This document shows positions 55,100-64,000 of a stretch of 64,000 nucleotides of DNA, in pieces. The translations under genes and the position numbers were made by a program. The notes beneath the pieces were generated by a model. The model was not told where the DNA came from. It made no database searches and saw only the letters and a list, made by a program, of their open reading frames with translations. The stretch comes from Phycisphaera mikurensis NBRC 102666 (GTDB lineage: Bacteria > Planctomycetota > Phycisphaerae > Phycisphaerales > Phycisphaeraceae). The stretch is taken from contig NC_017080.1 of NCBI RefSeq assembly GCF_000284115.1, forward strand, positions 3,401,534 through 3,465,533. The letters run 5' to 3'. Position 1 is the stretch's first letter; every line of letters starts with the position of its first letter.

Positions 55100-55507
55100 T
55101 CACTCGACCGTGCAGATCAGCTCGCCGCCGACGTTCTTCTCGCGGCACTGCCGGTCGGACAGCACGCCGACGGGGGTCGTCAGGATGGCGACACCGAGGC
55201 CGGCCAGCGGCCGGGGGAGGTCCTTCACCTTCGTGTACACGCGGCAGCCCGGCTTGCTCGCGCGCTTCAGCTTGTGGAACAGCTTCTCGCCGAAGGGGCC
55301 GTACTTGAGCGTCACGCGGAGCACGCCCAGGCCACCGAACTGCTCGCCGGCCAGCACCTCCGAGGAAGTGATGTAGCCCTCGTGCTCGAGCGCGGCGGCG
55401 ATGCCGCGGCAGACGCGGGAGTTGCGGCAGTCGACACGCTCGGCACCGTTGGCCGAGGCGTTGCGGATCCGCGTGAGCATGTCGGCGATGGGGTCGCTGA
55501 GGGCCAT
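55100..55507 (-). CDS. rpsH: 30S ribosomal protein S8
   Basis: 'MALSDPIADMLTRIRNA' is the canonical S8 N-terminus. Confidence 0.9.
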   Translation of the reverse strand: MALSDPIADMLTRIRNASANGAERVDCRNSRVCRGIAAALEHEGYITSSEVLAGEQFGGLGVLRVTLKYGPFGEKLFHKLKRASKPGCRVYTKVKDLPRPLAGLGVAILTTPVGVLSDRQCREKNVGGELICTVE

Positions 55508-55641
55508 GGGGGTGTTTCCGGGCCCCGCTTCGCGGGGCGGTTCCGGCGGCGTGCCGGAGGGTCAATCAAGAGGAAGCGAGCGATGGGTCGCTCGGTTGTG
55601 CGCGGGGCACGGCGTCGGGGCGGGCGCCTGCCGCGGGAGGA

Positions 55642-55908
55642 TCACCAGGAAGCCTTCTTCATCCCGGGGATCTTGCCCTGGAGGGCGAGCTCGCGGAGAA
55701 CGATGCGGCTGACGTTGAACTTGCGGTAGACGGCGCGGGTCCGGCCGGTGATGGCGCACTGCGTGACCAGCCGTGTCGGGCTCGCGTCCCGCGGGAGCTG
55801 CGAGAGCGCGGCGTAGTCGCCGGCCTTCTTCAGCTCGCGGCGCTTCTCCGCGTACTTGTCGACGGTCTTCTGGATCCGGTCCATCCGGGTCTTGGTGGAT
55901 TTGGGCAT
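55642..55908 (-). CDS. rpsN: 30S ribosomal protein S14 (non-zinc type, 88 aa)
   Basis: '...[38 protein letters not shown]' is the S14 C-terminus. There is no CxxC pair. Confidence 0.85.
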   Translation of the reverse strand: MPKSTKTRMDRIQKTVDKYAEKRRELKKAGDYAALSQLPRDASPTRLVTQCAITGRTRAVYRKFNVSRIVLRELALQGKIPGMKKASW

Positions 55909-56017
55909 GGTGGGGTCTCCGGCTGCGCCGGCGATGGGGTTTCCGGCTTCGCCAGAGGGTGGGGGGATCCCGCGGCGCGGGGAGAGAGGTTACCGGATCC
56001 ACCGGCAACCGTCAGGG

Positions 56018-56641
56018 TCAGGCGGCGCTCCGCTTCTCGTCCTTCTTGACGAAGGGGAAGCCGAGGCCGGTCATGGCCGACCGGCTCAGCTCGTCGGTGG
56101 AGTTGCTCCAAACGAGCGTGACGTTCATGCCGAAGGTGTGCTGGGCGGAGGTCATGTCGACCTCGGGGAAGATGCCCTGCTCCTGGAGGCCGAAGCTGAA
56201 GTTGCCCCGGCCGTCGAAGCTCTTGTCCTTGATGCCGCGGAAGTCCTTGATCCGCGGGATGGCCAGGCTCACGAGGCGGTCGTAGAACTCCCACATGCGG
56301 TCCCCGCGGAGCGTGACGCGAGCGTGCGTCTCGTAGCCCTCGCGGACCTTGAAGTTGGCCACGCTCTTCTTCGCGGCGACGGCGACGGCCTTCTGACCGG
56401 CGATCTTCGCGAGGTCGCTGAGGACCTGCTCCTTGACGGCCGCCTTCACCTTCGTGCCGTCGAGGTGCTTGCCCATGCCGGAGGTCAGCACGATCTTCTG
56501 CAGGCGCGGGAGCGCCTGGCGGTTCCGGGTGCCCGCGGCTTCGGAGAGGCGCGGGAGCACCTCCTCCTCGAATCGCTGCTTCATCCGCGGGGTCGCGGCG
56601 GGGGCCTGGTTGTCGGTGGCGTCGGCCATGGTGGGTTGCAC
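56018..56641 (-). CDS. rplE: 50S ribosomal protein L5
   Basis: 'RLKQRFEEEVLPRL...NFSFGLQEQGIFPE' is the L5 pattern. Confidence 0.9.
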   Translation of the reverse strand: MQPTMADATDNQAPAATPRMKQRFEEEVLPRLSEAAGTRNRQALPRLQKIVLTSGMGKHLDGTKVKAAVKEQVLSDLAKIAGQKAVAVAAKKSVANFKVREGYETHARVTLRGDRMWEFYDRLVSLAIPRIKDFRGIKDKSFDGRGNFSFGLQEQGIFPEVDMTSAQHTFGMNVTLVWSNSTDELSRSAMTGLGFPFVKKDEKRSAA

Positions 56642-56726
56642 TTGGGGCGGGGGATCGGGGGGTGGGGGCGGGTCGACCGCCGGAGCTTGGAGCGGCGCCG
56701 CGGCGGTGCTGCTCCGGGCTGCGGTC

Positions 56727-57077
56727 TCAGTCGCGGCTCTTCTTGAGTTCCGGGCCCAGCACGTCGCCGGTGGTCGCCGCGACGCGGACCTTCGAGCCGT
56801 CGTCGCGGGTCTGGTAGCGGACGCGGGTGGGCTTGCCGTTGGCGTCGACCGGGCTCACGTTGGAGATGTGGATGGACACCTCGGTGTTGATCGTGCCGCC
56901 CTGCGGGTTGCTCTGCGTGGCGCGGACCCGCTTGGTCCGCAGGTTGACGCCCTCGACCAGCACCCGCTCGTCGTTGGGGCGGTCGCTCGTGAGGACCTTC
57001 AGAACGGTGCCGGTCTGGCCCTTGGAGGAGCCGGAGAGGACCTTGACGGTGTCACCTTTGCGGACGTGGCGCTTCAT
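56727..57077 (-). CDS. rplX: 50S ribosomal protein L24
   Basis: 'KRHVRKGDTVKVLSGSSKGQTGTVLKV' is the KOW motif. Confidence 0.9.
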   Translation of the reverse strand: MKRHVRKGDTVKVLSGSSKGQTGTVLKVLTSDRPNDERVLVEGVNLRTKRVRATQSNPQGGTINTEVSIHISNVSPVDANGKPTRVRYQTRDDGSKVRVAATTGDVLGPELKKSRD

Positions 57078-57161
57078 GGGGATTCCGCTTCGCGGGTGGT
57101 GGATCAGGAGGGGTTGGGGGGAAGAGCCGCTCGGAGCGGCGGTGTCGCGGGCGGCGAGGAT

Positions 57162-57548
57162 TCAGACGACCTCGGAGGCGAGGCTGACGATCTTCATGAA
57201 CCGCTTCTCCCGGAGTTCGCGGGCCACGGCCCCGAAGATCCGGGTGCCGCGGGGGTTGCCCTCGTCGGTGATGAGGACGATCGCATTGGAGTCGAACTTC
57301 ACCAGCGAGCCGTCGTTGCGGCGCACCGGGTAGCGGGTCCGCACCACGACGCCCTTGACGATCGTGCCCGTCTTCAGGTCGCTGCCCGGCAGCGACTTCT
57401 TCACGGAGCAGACGACGGTGTCGCCGACCGTGGCCGTCGGGCGGCTGAACTTGCCGCGTGCCGTGGAGGCACCGAGCACCCGGATCACGTACGCGATCTT
57501 GGCGCCGCTGTTGTCGGCAACATCAACTCGGGATTCCTGCTGGATCAT
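57162..57548 (-). CDS. rplN: 50S ribosomal protein L14
   Basis: '[26 protein letters not shown]' is the canonical L14 start. Confidence 0.9.
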   Translation of the reverse strand: MIQQESRVDVADNSGAKIAYVIRVLGASTARGKFSRPTATVGDTVVCSVKKSLPGSDLKTGTIVKGVVVRTRYPVRRNDGSLVKFDSNAIVLITDEGNPRGTRIFGAVARELREKRFMKIVSLASEVV

Positions 57549-57653
57549 CTCGGTTGGCTCCCGGTGGAGAGCCCTTTCATTCGGGGTGGGTGCGGCCGGA
57601 ACCGCGGGAAGGCGAGGCGCGAGCGTTGGCCCGCGGGACGCCGGATCGGCGGC

Positions 57654-58001
57654 TCAGCCGCCGCTGGTCTCGTCGGCCGGGGCCGTGCCCGCCGCGACGT
57701 CGTCGGAGACGAAGGCGTCGACGGCCATCGGGGCGGCCTCGACCACGCGGACCAGGCGGTGGCTCTTGGTCTTGGACAGCGGGCGGCAGGAGCCGATCTC
57801 CACGCGGTCGCCCTCCTTCAGCTCGTTCTTGCCGTCGTGGACCTGGAACTTCTGCGCCTTCTTGATGTACTTGCCGTACTTGGGGTGCTGCACCTTGAAC
57901 TCGACGACCACCGTGGCGGTCTTGTCGCGCTTCACCGAGGTGACGACACCGACGCGGGTGCCCAGGAGCGGGCGGGTGCTGGTGGGGGTGGACTGGCTCA
58001 T
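57654..58001 (-). CDS. rpsQ: 30S ribosomal protein S17, with a short acidic C-terminal tail
   Basis: 'GVVTSVKRDKTATVVVEFKVQHPKYGKYIKKAQKFQVHD' is the S17 OB fold. Confidence 0.9.
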   Translation of the reverse strand: MSQSTPTSTRPLLGTRVGVVTSVKRDKTATVVVEFKVQHPKYGKYIKKAQKFQVHDGKNELKEGDRVEIGSCRPLSKTKSHRLVRVVEAAPMAVDAFVSDDVAAGTAPADETSGG

Positions 58002-58041
58002 GATGGCAGCGCCGAAGGTGGCGATCGGGAGGTTCTGGGGA

Positions 58042-58251
58042 TCAGGCGGAGGCGGGGGCGTTCCCGAGGACGCGGCGGCGCTGCTCGGTGAGCACGCGGG
58101 CGACGTCGCGGCGGAGCCGGCCGAAGGTGCGGTTGTTCTCGACCTTCTCGGTGACGGCTTTGCTCCGCAGGTCGAAGAGCTCCCGGCGGACCTGACCGAG
58201 CGTCTCGGCGAGCTGCTCGTCGGTCATCTTGGTGACTTCGTCGTTCTTCAC
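58042..58251 (-). CDS. rpmC: 50S ribosomal protein L29
   Basis: GTG start (cac 58249-58251) gives 'MKNDEVTKMTDEQLAETLGQVRRELFDLRSKAVTEKVENNRTFGRLRRDVARVLTEQ'. The track ORF 58042..58806 over-extends upstream through rplP in another frame. Confidence 0.8.
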   Translation of the reverse strand: MKNDEVTKMTDEQLAETLGQVRRELFDLRSKAVTEKVENNRTFGRLRRDVARVLTEQRRRVLGNAPASA

Positions 58252-58313
58252 GTGGGTCTTTCGGGCTCCGGCCGTGGCCGGGGAGGGGTTGGGGAGGTCG
58301 GGGGCGCGTGCGC

Positions 58314-58730
58314 TCAGGCGGAGCGACGGACGACGAAGCGGCAGCGGAAAGGCATCTTGTGGGCGACGCGGGCGAAGGCGGCCTTGGCCATCGACTCCGG
58401 GACACCGGCCATCTCGTAGACGATCGTCCCGGGCTTCACGACCGCGGCCCAGTACTCCGGCTCCGCCTTGCCCTTGCCCATCCGCGTCTCCAGCGGCTTC
58501 TTGGAGATCGGCTTGTCCGGGAAGACCCGGACGAACAGCTTCCCCTCGCGGGAGACGTACTGCCGGGCGGCGATGCGGCCGGCCTCGATCTGCCGGGCCG
58601 TCAACCAGCCGCCCTCGAGCAGCTGCAGCGCGTAGTCGCCGAAGGAGACCTTGTTCCCGCGGCAAGCCACGGTCTTGTTGGAGCCGCGCTGCTGCTTGCG
58701 GAACTTGACTCGTTTGGGGAGGAGTGGCAT
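58314..58730 (-). CDS. rplP: 50S ribosomal protein L16
   Basis: '[16 protein letters not shown]...' is the canonical L16 start. Confidence 0.9.
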   Translation of the reverse strand: MPLLPKRVKFRKQQRGSNKTVACRGNKVSFGDYALQLLEGGWLTARQIEAGRIAARQYVSREGKLFVRVFPDKPISKKPLETRMGKGKAEPEYWAAVVKPGTIVYEMAGVPESMAKAAFARVAHKMPFRCRFVVRRSA

Positions 58731-58842
58731 GGCTGTGGCTCGCGGCGTCGCCGCGTGGGGTGGTTCGGGGAGGCGGGCCGCGGACCGCGGCCGGTTTGAG
58801 GCTCAAAGAGCCACGGTCCGCGGAAGGATCCGCGGGTTCGGA

Positions 58843-59550
58843 TCAGCGGCGTCCGCGGGCCCGCGCGGTCGCGCCGGCGGCGGAGGACTCGTACTCCTGC
58901 TCGCTGTCCTGCGTGTACAGACCCTTGTAGATCCAGACCTTCACGCCGATGGTGCCGTAGGTGGTCTTGGAGATGGCGAAGCCGTAGTCGACGTTCGCCT
59001 GGAGGGTCGCCAGCGGGATGCTGCCGAGCGAGACCACCTCCGAGCGGCTCATCTCGTGGCCGCCGAGGCGGCCGGAGAGCATGATCTTGACGCCCTTGCA
59101 GACGCCGCAGTTCATCGCGGCTTCGGCCTTCATCTTCATGACGCGGCGGAAGCTGGCCCGCTTGGCGAGCTGCTCGGCGATGGACTCGCCGATGAGCTGG
59201 GCGTCGGCGTCGGGCGTGGGAACCTCGACGCAGTTCATCGAGACGTTCCGCCCGGTGAGGTGCTGCAGCTCGTTGGTCAGCCGGTCGATCTCCGCGCCCT
59301 TGGGCCCGATGACCAGCCCCGGACGCGCGGTCCGGATGATGATCTTGAGCTCTTCACGCGTCCGCTCGATGTGGATGTCGGCGACGGCCGCGTACGGGGG
59401 CTTGCGGTTGAGCTCGTGGTCGAGGTACCGCCGGATGCGGAAGTCCTCGACGAGAAGCTCGCCGTAGAGCGCCTTGGGGGCGTACCAGCGGCTGCGGTGT
59501 GCCTGCGTGATCCCGACGCGGAATCCAAAGGGGTGGACTTTCTGACCCAT
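58843..59550 (-). CDS. rpsC: 30S ribosomal protein S3
   Basis: Start at 'MGQKVHPFGFRVGI' (cat 59548-59550) inside track ORF 58843..59682. A KH domain is followed by the S3 C-terminal domain. Confidence 0.9.
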   Translation of the reverse strand: MGQKVHPFGFRVGITQAHRSRWYAPKALYGELLVEDFRIRRYLDHELNRKPPYAAVADIHIERTREELKIIIRTARPGLVIGPKGAEIDRLTNELQHLTGRNVSMNCVEVPTPDADAQLIGESIAEQLAKRASFRRVMKMKAEAAMNCGVCKGVKIMLSGRLGGHEMSRSEVVSLGSIPLATLQANVDYGFAISKTTYGTIGVKVWIYKGLYTQDSEQEYESSAAGATARARGRR

Positions 59551-59623
59551 AACGGTTCGAGGGGTTGCGGCGTCGCTTCGGGACGCGGGGAATGATCGGA
59601 TCGGGCGCGTTTCCGCGGGAGCT

Positions 59624-59953
59624 TCAGGCTTCGGAGACGCCGACGGTGATGTGGCTGGTCCGCTTCTTGATCGCGTGGGCACGCCCGCGATCCTTCGGCT
59701 GGAAACGCTTGATCGTGGGGCCGCTGTCGACGCGGGCGTCGCTGACCTTCAACCGGCGGACGTTCGCTTCGCCCTGGTCTGCGTTGGCGATCGCGGCGAG
59801 GAGCGTGGTCTTCACGAAGAGCGCGGCGCGGAGCTTCGAGAGCTCCAGGGTCGTCACGGCCTCGGCCGCGGGCTTGTTGCGGATGAGGTTCACGACCTGG
59901 CGGACCTTGAGCGGGCTGATCCGGGCGTTGCGGTGGGTGCTGGTGAAGGCCAT
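59624..59953 (-). CDS. rplV: 50S ribosomal protein L22
   Basis: Start at 'MAFTSTHRNARISPLKVRQVVNLIR' (cat 59951-59953). The upstream 30 codons of the track ORF overlap rpsS. Confidence 0.9.
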   Translation of the reverse strand: MAFTSTHRNARISPLKVRQVVNLIRNKPAAEAVTTLELSKLRAALFVKTTLLAAIANADQGEANVRRLKVSDARVDSGPTIKRFQPKDRGRAHAIKKRTSHITVGVSEA

Positions 59954-60023
59954 CGGGGGCGTCCGTCGGGAAAAGGGGGAGGGCTCGCCTCGCGGCGAGA
60001 TCGGGCGTCGATCGGGGCGTCGC

Positions 60024-60314
60024 CTAGGTGCGGCCCTGGGCACGCTGAGCCTTGGTGCCGGTGGTGTGGCTCCGGAAGTTGCGGGTGAGCGAGAACTCGC
60101 CGAGCTTGTGCCCGACCATGTCCTCGGTCACGAACACGCTGGGGAAGGCCTTGCCGTTGTGCACGAGGAAGGTGTGGCCGACGAACTCGGGCACGATGGT
60201 GCAGGCGCGGGCCCAGGTCTTGATGGGCTGGCGGCGGTCCATCTGCGTCAGCTGCTCCACCTTGCGGTACAGCTTCAGGTCGACGTAGGGGCCTTTTTTC
60301 AGCGAGCGGGACAT
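60024..60314 (-). CDS. rpsS: 30S ribosomal protein S19
   Basis: '[19 protein letters not shown]...[12 protein letters not shown]' is canonical S19. Confidence 0.9.
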   Translation of the reverse strand: MSRSLKKGPYVDLKLYRKVEQLTQMDRRQPIKTWARACTIVPEFVGHTFLVHNGKAFPSVFVTEDMVGHKLGEFSLTRNFRSHTTGTKAQRAQGRT

Positions 60315-60389
60315 CGTGTCTTCTCAGGAGTGGGGTCCCCTCGGGGACCGGAACAGGCTTGGGGATCGGTGGCGGTCGCCACCGCTTCA

Positions 60390-61247
60390 TCAGCGGAGCT
60401 TCAGCTGGCCGAAGCGCTTCGAGACGCGGCGGCGGATGATCCGCTTGTTCGAGGCCTTGCCCGGCTTGCGGGTGCGGCCGCCCTTGGCGAGCGTGCCCGA
60501 CCGCTGGGCCGGGGGGCGGTTGCCCGACGACTTGTTGTCGCCGCCGCCCATCGGGTGCTCGTGGTGGTTCTTCGCCATGCCGCGGTTGTTGGGCCGGCGG
60601 CCGAGGTGGCGGCTCTTGCCGGCCTTGCCCAGCACCGTCTTGTTGTGGTCGGTGTTGCCGACCTGACCGACGGTGGCCCGGCACATGACGCTCACCTGGC
60701 GGGTCTCGCCCGAGGGGAAGGTCAGCGTCGCCCACTTGCCCTCGCGGTTGGTCAGACGGGCGTAGGTGCCGGCCGCCCGGCACATCTGGCCGCCGCCGCC
60801 GGGCTGGAGCTCGATGTTGTGGACGTTCAGGCCGGTGGGGATGTCGCGGAGCAGCAGGCAGTTGCCCGGCTTGGGCTCGATTCGCTCGGCGGACGACAGG
60901 ATCACTTCGCCGTCGGTCAGGCCGATCGGGGCGAGGATGTACCGCTTCTCGCCGTCCTCGTACCGGATCAAGGCGATGTTGGCGGAGCGGTTGGGGTCGT
61001 ACTCGATGCCGACGACCGTGCCGGGCACGTCCAGCTTCTTGCGGCTGAAGTCCATGCGGCGGTACCGCTGCTTGTTGCCGCCGCCGCGGTTCTGGACCGT
61101 GATCCGGCCCTGGCAGTTGCGGCCACCGTGCTTCTTCTGAGCCTCGAGCAGCGTCTTCTCGGGCTTGGTCTTGGTGACCTCGCTGTAGAGGTTGACGCTG
61201 GCGTTGCGACGCCCGGGGCTGGTTCTCTTGTAGATCCGAATGGCCAT
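60390..61247 (-). CDS. rplB: 50S ribosomal protein L2
   Basis: 'MAIRIYKRTSPGRR...GGGQMCRAAGTYARL...HHEHPMGGG' carries the L2 signatures. Confidence 0.9.
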   Translation of the reverse strand: MAIRIYKRTSPGRRNASVNLYSEVTKTKPEKTLLEAQKKHGGRNCQGRITVQNRGGGNKQRYRRMDFSRKKLDVPGTVVGIEYDPNRSANIALIRYEDGEKRYILAPIGLTDGEVILSSAERIEPKPGNCLLLRDIPTGLNVHNIELQPGGGGQMCRAAGTYARLTNREGKWATLTFPSGETRQVSVMCRATVGQVGNTDHNKTVLGKAGKSRHLGRRPNNRGMAKNHHEHPMGGGDNKSSGNRPPAQRSGTLAKGGRTRKPGKASNKRIIRRRVSKRFGQLKLR

Positions 61248-61337
61248 GGTGGTTCCGGGCGACGCCCGTCCTGGGGTGCTGGGTGGCGGGGGGACCCTGA
61301 GGTCCGAGAGCGAGCCGCCGGGGCGGCCCGTGGAAGA

Positions 61338-61619
61338 TCAGTACAGGTCGATCGAGTCTTCCGCGTGGAGCTGCACGATCGCCCGCTTGACCGTCGGCGT
61401 CGTCGTGGTGCCGTAGCGGTTCCTCTTCGCCTCGCCCTTGCGGTTCATCGTGGCGACGGACTCGACGCGGACGCCGTAGAGCTTCGCGATGGACGCGGCC
61501 ACCTGGGGCTTGGTTGCGTCTTTGTGGATCTCGAAGGCGTAACGGTTGCGGCTGCCCGCTTCCCACGTCGTCTTCTCGGTGATGATCGGGCGCTTGATGA
61601 TCTGAGTGGCGTCGAGCAT
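61338..61619 (-). CDS. rplW: 50S ribosomal protein L23
   Basis: 'IIKRPIITEKTTW...AFEIHKDATKPQV' is canonical L23. Confidence 0.9.
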   Translation of the reverse strand: MLDATQIIKRPIITEKTTWEAGSRNRYAFEIHKDATKPQVAASIAKLYGVRVESVATMNRKGEAKRNRYGTTTTPTVKRAIVQLHAEDSIDLY

Positions 61620-62338
61620 TACGCGGCCTCCGTCGTCTGGCTGCTAAAGGAGTGGGTCCGAGCGTCGAGGCCTTCGACCAGCTTGTCGGTCTTGCTCGTG
61701 GCGGGCTTCTCGTCGTTCACGAACTTCGCGAGGTAGGCCTCGAAGGCGTCCTTGTGCATCACCAGGTAGCGGTGGTTCAGGAGCTCGAAGACGTCGAGCT
61801 GCTCGCTCTGGGTGACCGTGACGCCGGGGATGTTCCGGGCGGACTTCGCCTCGACCGTGCGGGTGTCGGCGAGGGCGACGAGGCAGGTGCGGTCGACCCC
61901 GAGCGCCTCCATGAGGGCGATGAAGGATTTGGTGCTGGGGGCACCGGAGGCGGGCACGTCGACCAGCTTGATCTCGCCGTCGACGGCCTTGGCCAGGAGG
62001 GCGTTGCGGTTGGCGAGGCGGCGCATCTTGCGGGGCATCTCCTGCCGCCAGTCGTGCTTGATCTTGGCCTTCGCCGAGCCGCCGCCGCGGAGCAGGTTGG
62101 CCTTCTTGTCGCCGCGACGCGCGTTGCCGGTGCCCTTCTGCTTGTAGAGCTTCCGGGTGGAGCCTTGCACGTCGGCCCGCGACTTCGTGGGCGAGTTGAT
62201 CGAGCGGCGGTTGGCATGACCGCGGACGAAGGCCTGCTTGAGCAGGGCCGGGCGGACCTCGCCGCCGAGCTTGGCCTCGTCCAGCTGGACGGAGCCGAGC
62301 CGCTCGCCGGTCTCGTTGTAGTAGGGGACTTCAATCAT
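61619..62338 (-). CDS. rplD: 50S ribosomal protein L4
   Basis: 'MIEVPYYNETGERLGSVQLDEA' and gene order identify L4. The stop overlaps the rplW start. Confidence 0.9.
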   Translation of the reverse strand: MIEVPYYNETGERLGSVQLDEAKLGGEVRPALLKQAFVRGHANRRSINSPTKSRADVQGSTRKLYKQKGTGNARRGDKKANLLRGGGSAKAKIKHDWRQEMPRKMRRLANRNALLAKAVDGEIKLVDVPASGAPSTKSFIALMEALGVDRTCLVALADTRTVEAKSARNIPGVTVTQSEQLDVFELLNHRYLVMHKDAFEAYLAKFVNDEKPATSKTDKLVEGLDARTHSFSSQTTEAA

Positions 62339-62428
62339 CGGGGTGCTGTTCCTGGGCCGGCGGGGGCGCCTTCTGCGGGCGGGTTGCGCGAACCGCTTCA
62401 GGGCCCGCGGGTCGGAGCGACGCGGGCT

Positions 62429-63127
62429 TTATCCGGCGGCCTCGAGGGCGTGGATCTTCCGCTTCCACAGGCGGCGGGCGGTGCGGACCTCCACCAGGCC
62501 GCCCTTGGGGCCGGGGATCGGCCCCTTCACGAGCAGGAGGTCGTTCTCCGCATCCACCGAAACCACCGGCAGGTTGCGGACGCTGACCCGCTCGTCGCCC
62601 ATGTGGCCGCTCATGCGGATGCCTTTCTTGGGCTTGCCCGTGCCGAGGTTCGAGCTCCGCCCGCCGATGGAACCCGGGGACCGGTGCTTCCGCTCGACGC
62701 CGTGACTGGCCTCCTGGCCGCCGAAGCCGTGCCGCTTCATCGCTCCCTGGAAGCCCTTGCCCTTGGAGGTGCCGACGACGTCGACGTAGGTGACGTCCTC
62801 GAAGTCGGCGGCGGTGACACGCTGCCCCAGCTCAAAGGCCACGCCGTGGTTGGATTCTCCATCACCCGCCGCGGGCCCTTGCAGCCGGAGCTCGCGGTGG
62901 AACCGCTGGGGGGCCGCGCCGGCCTTGGCGTCGTGGCCGATGAGCGGCATCGTCGACGAGCGACCCTTGATCTCGGCGAAGCCGAGCTGCACGCCGTGGT
63001 AGCCGTCGAGCTCCAGGGTGCGGACCTGCGTCACCACGCAGGGCCCGACCTGGATGACGGTCACGGGCTGGTCGATGCCGTTCTCCCCGAAGAGGCGCGT
63101 CATCCCGACTTTGCGGCCGAGGATCAT
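62429..63127 (-). CDS. rplC: 50S ribosomal protein L3
   Basis: 'MILGRKVGMTRLFGENG' is the canonical L3 start, 11 codons inside the track ORF. The track and my hand count disagree by 1 nt in this line, so the start coordinate is accurate to about 1 nt. Confidence 0.85.
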   Translation of the reverse strand: MILGRKVGMTRLFGENGIDQPVTVIQVGPCVVTQVRTLELDGYHGVQLGFAEIKGRSSTMPLIGHDAKAGAAPQRFHRELRLQGPAAGDGESNHGVAFELGQRVTAADFEDVTYVDVVGTSKGKGFQGAMKRHGFGGQEASHGVERKHRSPGSIGGRSSNLGTGKPKKGIRMSGHMGDERVSVRNLPVVSVDAENDLLLVKGPIPGPKGGLVEVRTARRLWKRKIHALEAAG

Positions 63128-63493
63128 CCGGTTGGGCTGGGGGTTCTCTGGAGCGGACATCGGGTGGCTTTCAGGTTGCGGTTGCGGGTTTCGCTGGCGC
63201 CCCCGGTTTGGTCCGGGGCAGACAGCCGCGGCCCGGTCTTGACGGACTCTCCCAACTCGCGGCGGGCCGCGGCGTGGAGGTCTCCGTCAGAGGAACGGGC
63301 CTTGCCGGGAGCCGACACCTCGAGGCGGAGGGTCGGGGATCCCGGCTCCGGCATCGCGTCTTCGCCGGAGCGGAAACGGGCCGAGCGTGGGAGCGGGCAG
63401 CGGATCGAGCCGTCGAGGCCCGGCACGCTGCGGCGGGCGGGGAGGATAGCGGTGCGTCACACGCATCGCAAATCCCCCCCCCGGCGGACGGGC

Positions 63494-63802
<309 letters not shown>

Positions 63803-64000
63803 CGGTACTTCTTGCGGTTCGGGGGTGCGGGGTGGGGATCCATCCACCGCCCAGCCGGCGGCGTCTGCGTCGATCGGCGACCACAGGAGCGAGACCCGGA
63901 AGCCGGTCCCGTCGCTGCGCCGCGTCGGGCAGCGTAATCAGGCGTCGCGGGCTGTCAACCGGGCCCGCGGCGCCGGCCCGGGCCGCGGAGGGACGCGTCG

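Overview
This 64-kb window is very GC-rich (about 70-73%) chromosomal DNA, probably from a Planctomycetes / Phycisphaerae-like bacterium. The phylum guess rests on a PEP-CTERM protein, ribosomal proteins with long tails, absence of L30, and a BatA/DUF58 pair; it is an inference. Because stop codons are rare at this GC content, many long Arg/Gly/Ala-rich ORFs in the track are artefacts. I kept only ORFs with protein-like composition or recognisable motifs. I found no rRNA or tRNA genes and no CRISPR array by eye.

The 3' third (49.4-63.9 kb, minus strand) is the conserved ribosomal protein block, rpsJ through rplO, followed by secY and map. L30 and adk are absent, and S5 carries a roughly 150-aa low-complexity tail.

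The 5' and middle parts are a mix of housekeeping and accessory genes: argC, lepB, UDP-xylose synthase, GDP-mannose pyrophosphorylase with an APH-fold kinase, corA, xylB, an M48 peptidase, a ComEA-like protein, SDR and MDR oxidoreductases, an ArsR regulator, a PEP-CTERM protein, prfB, an MBL hydrolase, and an SGNH-PKD-PA14 protein.

The locus most worth a second look is at 25.0-33.9 kb on the minus strand. A YqiJ/NfeD-like gene and a 665-aa flotillin (SPFH) gene sit immediately upstream of an 1800-aa AAA+ ATPase with an architecture I do not recognise. Between flotillin and the giant gene is a GxxExxY gene flanked by roughly 58-bp inverted repeats. More copies of that repeat lie in-frame inside the giant gene and in the NfeD-flotillin spacer. 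A decayed copy of the giant protein's C-terminal domain sits 2.4 kb downstream.

A complete IS630-family element (TA target-site duplication, roughly 33-bp imperfect terminal inverted repeats, two ORFs joined at an A6 slippery site) lies 11 bp upstream of a DUF58 / BatA-like operon.

In a few places (around 1.56 kb and 63.1 kb) my base counting disagreed with the ORF track by one nucleotide. Where I refined a start inside a track ORF, treat it as accurate to about one base.
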